Assembly (NCBI GenBank): GCA_052168235.1
Contig: JBQLZK010000090.1
Span: 1 to 22,481, forward strand
From: Thainema sp.
Lineage (GTDB): Bacteria > Cyanobacteriota > Cyanobacteriia > Phormidesmidales > Phormidesmidaceae
Direction of reading: 5' to 3'
Length of the DNA stretch: 22,481 nucleotides
Numbering within the stretch: position 1 is the stretch's first letter; every line of letters begins with the position of its first letter. A program made the translations under genes and the position numbers. Shown here piece by piece: positions 18,634 through 22,481 of this stretch. The notes beneath the pieces are model-generated. The model was not told the origin of the DNA. It saw only the letters and a program-made list of their open reading frames with translations, and searched no databases.

Positions 18634-18824
18634 TATAGCGCTACACACTTAAGTAAAACCCTAAAAAGAACATTTCTCCGCTCATGGTGGCGAAGGAACG
18701 TCCCTTTTAGGGTTTTATCAGTTGTATAGCGATAGCCATATTTATTTGTTTAGAGAGTTGTTGTGGCGTGGCGATGCCGCGCCACAGCAACTCTCGTGTC
18801 CTAACTTAGCTGGCTACAGCTATA
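18634..18824. repeat. Two fused TATAGC-ended miniature inverted-repeat elements
   Basis: Element A (about 18634-18734): ends TATAGCGCTACACA / TGTATAGCGATA, inner perfect 13-bp arms TAAAACCCTAAAA / TTTTAGGGTTTTA. Element B (18725-18824): ends TATAGCGATAGCCA / TGGCTACAGCTATA (12/14), inner 20-bp arms at 18753-18795 with a GAT loop. Confidence 0.8.
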
Positions 18825-18853
18825 AAAAAGCCTCCATCATTTGATTGGAGGCT
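18824..18853 (-). terminator. Intrinsic terminator downstream of the DUF4278 gene
   Basis: The minus strand reads AGCCTCCA-ATCAAATGA-TGGAGGCT-TTTTT. Confidence 0.7.
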
Positions 18854-18930
18854 GTTGATAGCGAGTTGTCTAGAGGTCATTAGGAGAAGAGATCTGCTTT
18901 AGCGCATGGGAGGGGAAGACTTGGCTGGGA

Positions 18931-19158
18931 TTAAGCGATACCCAACGCGGAGGTAGCTGCCGTCATATAGCGTTTGCCCATAAACCGCATCGTGCGCCAG
19001 TTCGGATTTTCAAACTTAGCACCTTGAAACTGGTATTGCTTAACCGTTGTCCGGACACCTCGATAGGTGGTTGTTATTGTCAGTTCGCTTTTAATAAGGG
19101 GCATTGCGGCAACGGGGGCGTTGTAAGAGCAATCGCGATAGGTGAGTTGAGTAGTCAT
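18931..19158 (-). CDS. DUF4278-like small protein
   Basis: 75 aa with three YRG-type repeats (LTYRDCSY, TYRGV, MRFMGKRY). GGAG lies 7 nt before the ATG. Confidence 0.8.
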   Translation of the reverse strand: MTTQLTYRDCSYNAPVAAMPLIKSELTITTTYRGVRTTVKQYQFQGAKFENPNWRTMRFMGKRYMTAATSALGIA

Positions 19159-19282
19159 GGTGGACTCCGTTTTGTTTGGGGGCTTTCAATATGTTTAGTT
19201 TGCCGTTTCTGCCAGCGAAGTACCACCGATGTTTTTGAATTTAAGCGAGAAGATAAGTCGATAGCTTAACTCCGGATACCTA

Positions 19283-19381
19283 TCACATCTTGCACCAAAA
19301 CCCAGAAGGGTTATTTTGCCGCCGCGATGCGGCAGCAAAATAACGTCTTCGGGTTCTTCACGTGCCAGGTGCAGGAGTTGA
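19283..19381. repeat. Nested miniature inverted-repeat element (TCTTGCACC / GGTGCAGGA ends)
   Basis: Three nested stems: TCTTGCACC/GGTGCAGGA, AACCCAGAAG/CTTCGGGTT, and GTTATTTTGCCGCCGC-GAT-GCGGCAGCAAAATAAC (19310-19344, 15/16). Confidence 0.85.
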
Positions 19382-19385
19382 GTAT

Positions 19386-19416
19386 AAAAAATCCCCCACC
19401 GCTAGCAGCAAGGGAT
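19386..19416 (-). terminator. Intrinsic terminator (for the O-antigen ligase transcript and/or a small RNA)
   Basis: Minus strand AUCCCUUGCUG-CUAG-CGGUGGGGGAU followed by a U-tract. The 11-bp stem has 4 G-U pairs that form only on this strand. Confidence 0.75.
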
Positions 19417-19493
19417 GGCTTGAAGTTTCAGAGAAGGAACACGCCTCAGTTTCGACTGTAGCGATTGAGTGTTAAGCCTTAAATTAGAGACGG

Positions 19494-22082
19494 TTAAACT
19501 TGGGACAAAAGCTGATCGCGCCAGGGCTGTAAGCTCTGATCCAGCGGTTTATTATAGACGGGCGTGGGCAGCAGATCGCTGAAAAATTGGGCAGTTGGAA
19601 TATTCTCGACAATCACCCAAAAATCTTCTGGAATTGGCCCGTCAATATGGCGGCTGAGGGTGCCAAAGCCAAGTCGTTCATTGCGATAGCGACGGGTAAT
19701 TGCATTTTGTCTGAGCCACTGGTCAAAATCGTCAGACTGAGCCATGCCCGTCAGGAGTGCGGTTTGTAGCTCGCCGATCGGTGGCGTTTCAGTGGCATAG
19801 AGCCAAGCTAAATCTAGATACTCTTGCCGCTGCTCTGGACTCAGCCAAGCCAGCATCGCATATTTAGCGGCACTGTCCGGTAGCGCTTCAACATCTGCCA
19901 CAGCGACTTGCTCGTCTTCAGATAGCGCCAGGACAGCCTGACTGCTCGGATCACCATAGTTATCCCAATCCGCATGCGCCGCGTCCCAGTCCTCCTGCCA
20001 CCAGTTGATGCCGCCTCGGATTTGATGCCAGTAGGCAGCTAGCTCAGATTGATCTGCGTTTGTTTCACTGGTCGTAATCAGTTCATCCAGCCTCGTTTCT
20101 ACCCGATCCAGGATGAGTGGAAACTGCGATCGCAATCCAGGCTCCAGCCACACAGGACTGGTGACAAACAGCGGATCGCGCAAAATTTCCAGCGCCATTG
20201 CTTCAATGGCTTGATCTTGATCCGCCAGATTCAGTCCCAGTCCGAAGAAAACGCCTCGTTTCGCTGGCACTAACTCGGCTGAAGCCGCAAACGCCTGGGC
20301 CGCAGCTTCAGCATTGCCGCTATCTCGCAGCAGCCAGCCCAGATTGCTGTAGCCAAACTCGCTATAGGGCGCAACTTCCGTACCCGTTTGAAGTCCGGCG
20401 ATACCCTGCTCAATCAGCTCCTGCGCTTGTTCTGCTTCAACTTCTGCGGTGCGGGGAATGTTGCCGAAGTTCCAGCCGAGCTGATACGGATAATACGGCT
20501 CCCACGGCGCAATCTCGTGGGCACGGCTGAGAAACTGATTGAAAGCCTGCCAGTTCGGTTGAACGCGATCAATCGCTAGAAACGCTTGGCTAGACAACTG
20601 CCAAGCCCGATGAGCGGGCACCAAACTGATCACCATGATCAGCGTCACGAGGCTAAGTGAGATCGCACCTAGAACGGGTAGCGGTTGCTTGGTGGGCAAC
20701 ACGCGTACAGGTGCCATTTCTGTTGGATTGACCGTTTGAGCAGAGGTGTGCCCCGGACGAGGTGTAGCAGCAGCCAAAACGGCAACGTAAATCACAATCA
20801 TGCCGCTGATGGCCACGTTGTCAAGCTGATAATCAGTCAGGCTCAGCGCACCGTAACTCAATAATCCGCTCAATAGGCATAGTGCTAGAACCTGATCCGA
20901 CATAGGGCGATCTTTGGCGGCTGGAGTGAGCCAGCGGACGAGCAAGTAAACGAAAATAGCCGCCGCTGCCAGCATGATCAGCACGCCTAGCAGCCCCAGT
21001 TCGGCCCAAATCTGAACTGGTGTGCTGTGTAGCTGATAGGCCAGTTCACCTAAGTGACCTGCCCAATCTGGACGATAGCGCTGATAGAGCAGCGGAACTG
21101 AACCTAGTCCAGCCCCAGCGAACCAGTTATCTACGCCCATGTGCCAGCCCGTAACGGTAGTAACGACACGATAAGCCAGTTCTCCCCCTGTGTCACCCTG
21201 AAGCAACGCCGGAATCAGCGTGCGCAAACGGTTATTAGCTGCAACCAATACCACCAGTACCGCAAGTCCGCCTGCTCCGGCCAAGAGTAAACGCGATCGC
21301 GAAATGGAACTGCGCCAGAGTAGTACCACAAAGCCAAAAACGCAGATCACAACGAGTCCTAACCAGCCGCCACGAGAACTCGTGGTATAGAGATCAACCA
21401 GTCCCAGCCCCAGCGTGACCAGCCAGAGATTGCGTTTCGATTTATCCAGGATGGCAAGGCCCACCACTAGGGGCAACACCAGCAGCAAGAAGCCCGCAAC
21501 GTAGTTTTGGTGGCCCAGTGGCACCCAGTTACGCAGAGTCAACGTGGAAAAATCAAAGCCTGCCTCGTAGCCCAACTGCCGCAGTTCCCTGAGCCGTGCC
21601 AGTTCTGGCAGCAGAGTTTGTGTTATCCAAAGGCCCAGGCTGACTAGAATAAACGCGAGACTGAGATAGCCTTGCTTAACCAGGAGCGAGTATCGCTGTT
21701 CGGAAGTCCGCAGCCGATCGGTGAGGACAATTAGCGCTGCTACGAAGCCCAACGTGGCCCAGCCATACCAGCGAGCTTGAGCCGGAAATTCAGCTAAAAC
21801 TGAGGACAGAATCAGGCTCAGGGTGATGAAGCCCAGCAGCCAATCAATACCGTGCCCAACTTTGGGCCAGGAACGGGTTTGCCAAACCTGCGCAATCAGC
21901 CACAGAATCGGGCAGAGCAGTCCCACCTGCCATAAAAACACCCACGGCCACGCCACCATCAGGCTATTGCTGTTGGGCAGCAGGGTAAACAGGACGAAAA
22001 AGGCTCCGGTCAGCAGGGCAAAAAGTCGCCCAGATTTAGGCACAGATGCAGTTTCAGCGGTCGAAGATGCAGACATGATCAT
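19494..22082 (-). CDS. O-antigen ligase (Wzy_C/WaaL)-family polytopic membrane protein with a C-terminal TPR-like region
   Basis: 862 aa with many TM segments, LGHQNYVAG, TTSSRGGWLG, G.GLG...Y and HSTPVQIWAELGLLG. TPR-like YSNLGWLL...AEAAAQAFA in the soluble C-terminal half. Start at 22082 or 22076. Confidence 0.9.
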   Translation of the reverse strand: MIMSASSTAETASVPKSGRLFALLTGAFFVLFTLLPNSNSLMVAWPWVFLWQVGLLCPILWLIAQVWQTRSWPKVGHGIDWLLGFITLSLILSSVLAEFPAQARWYGWATLGFVAALIVLTDRLRTSEQRYSLLVKQGYLSLAFILVSLGLWITQTLLPELARLRELRQLGYEAGFDFSTLTLRNWVPLGHQNYVAGFLLLVLPLVVGLAILDKSKRNLWLVTLGLGLVDLYTTSSRGGWLGLVVICVFGFVVLLWRSSISRSRLLLAGAGGLAVLVVLVAANNRLRTLIPALLQGDTGGELAYRVVTTVTGWHMGVDNWFAGAGLGSVPLLYQRYRPDWAGHLGELAYQLHSTPVQIWAELGLLGVLIMLAAAAIFVYLLVRWLTPAAKDRPMSDQVLALCLLSGLLSYGALSLTDYQLDNVAISGMIVIYVAVLAAATPRPGHTSAQTVNPTEMAPVRVLPTKQPLPVLGAISLSLVTLIMVISLVPAHRAWQLSSQAFLAIDRVQPNWQAFNQFLSRAHEIAPWEPYYPYQLGWNFGNIPRTAEVEAEQAQELIEQGIAGLQTGTEVAPYSEFGYSNLGWLLRDSGNAEAAAQAFAASAELVPAKRGVFFGLGLNLADQDQAIEAMALEILRDPLFVTSPVWLEPGLRSQFPLILDRVETRLDELITTSETNADQSELAAYWHQIRGGINWWQEDWDAAHADWDNYGDPSSQAVLALSEDEQVAVADVEALPDSAAKYAMLAWLSPEQRQEYLDLAWLYATETPPIGELQTALLTGMAQSDDFDQWLRQNAITRRYRNERLGFGTLSRHIDGPIPEDFWVIVENIPTAQFFSDLLPTPVYNKPLDQSLQPWRDQLLSQV

Positions 22083-22218
22083 CCATTGGAGGCAAACACT
22101 CTTCCTAGTTTCACCAGAAAACTAATGAACGGTGGGGCCTAGATCAAATTCTTTATAGAACAACGCTGCTCATTAATTAGGGGAGCTGCTACCTGTCCAA
22201 TTGCAGCAAAGTTGAACT

Positions 22219-22363
22219 GCGATCGCACATATCATTTCTCCAAACTTAAGTTGCGATCGCATTTGGTCAGAATACCCGCTGCAATCATGCGATGGTAGTC
22301 GTCAATGCTCCATTGCCACTGAGGAAAATCGCTGGGCTGGAGGTCAGGCTGTGCTTTCACCAT
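22219..22363 (-). pseudogene. Uma2/DUF820-family endonuclease N-terminal relic
   Basis: Below the ORF-track cutoff. ATG 22363 gives MVKAQPDLQPSDFPQWQWSIDDYHRMIAAGILTKCDR-NLSLEK* (stop at 22232). WSIDDYHRMIAAGIL...DR is the typical Uma2 N-terminus, and a shifted frame continues (E)LKFGEMI. Confidence 0.8.
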
Positions 22364-22428
22364 TTTGTTAATTGATGGTTACTAAAGAGCCAATTCTAGC
22401 TTTTTAGTCTCCTAATACATAAAGCACC

Positions 22429-22481
22429 TATAGCGGTTCTCATTCGAATGAGGTACAGTAGCAGTCGTTTATGAACCAGTT
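22429..22481. repeat. Probable left end of another TATAGC-type inverted-repeat element, cut by the window edge
   Basis: TATAGCGGTTCTCATTCGAATGAGGTACA begins with the same TATAGCG terminus as the 18634 and 18725 elements and contains the palindrome CTCATTCGAATGAG. Confidence 0.55.

Larger units (their letters stand above)
735..22260. repeat. HIP1 octamer GCGATCGC, dispersed (about 28 copies)
   Basis: Copies read by eye at 735, 1000, 1652, 2828, 3600, 4817, 6241, 7642, 8219, 8491, 8862, 9952, 10162, 11543, 12531, 12770, 13818, 14550, 14582, 15239, 15485, 15554, 16544, 17264, 20126, 21293, 22219 and 22253. Fewer than one copy is expected by chance in 22.5 kb. HIP1 is a cyanobacterial hallmark. 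Confidence 0.95.

Noticed and set aside
19195..19215. c-di-GMP-I riboswitch suggested by GGCAAAC on the minus strand
   Set aside because: No following stem with a GNRA loop and no GACGCAAAG element.
7946..19381. CRISPR array or complete IS
   Set aside because: The palindromes are dispersed and non-identical, with no regular repeat-spacer period, and there is no cas or transposase ORF in the window.
19433..19445. GAAGGAACACGCC resembling the 3' end of a glutamine riboswitch
   Set aside because: Wrong strand for the DUF4278 gene, and the upstream CGTT and GGAAGT elements are missing. The similar GAAGGAACG at 18692-18700 is just a palindrome arm.
74..22082. A competence/pilus 'system' linking dprA and the ligase-like gene
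   Set aside because: The genes are 18 kb apart and separated by unrelated housekeeping genes, with no evidence of linkage.

Overview
Cyanobacterial chromosomal DNA: about 28 HIP1 octamers (GCGATCGC) counted by eye, plus a cyanobacterial gene set. The window is mostly core genes: dprA (-), bifunctional rel/spoT, a GAF-PP2C/SpoIIE phosphatase (RsbU/Slr2031-like), argH, M17 leucyl aminopeptidase, a CsgA-like SDR coupled to a stand-alone cNMP-binding protein, a DUF1995 protein, minCDE followed by a thioredoxin-fold [2Fe-2S] ferredoxin, a NarL/LuxR response regulator, a DUF4278 small protein and a large O-antigen-ligase/TPR membrane protein. I saw no rRNA, tRNA, CRISPR array, transposase or defence system. 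The unusual content is mostly non-coding or unannotated. (1) About ten REP/MITE-like palindromic elements of several families lie in the spacers; several share a GC-NAT-GC hairpin tip, and one 54-bp perfect palindrome is bracketed by an 8-bp direct repeat. (2) A Uma2-type endonuclease relic is broken at two HIP1 sites. (3) A candidate two-hairpin small RNA lies at about 19386-19463 (-). (4) MinE has a 113-aa acidic tail containing an echo of one of its own core strands. I cannot claim a new multi-gene system. Family names come from motif recognition, not database searches.
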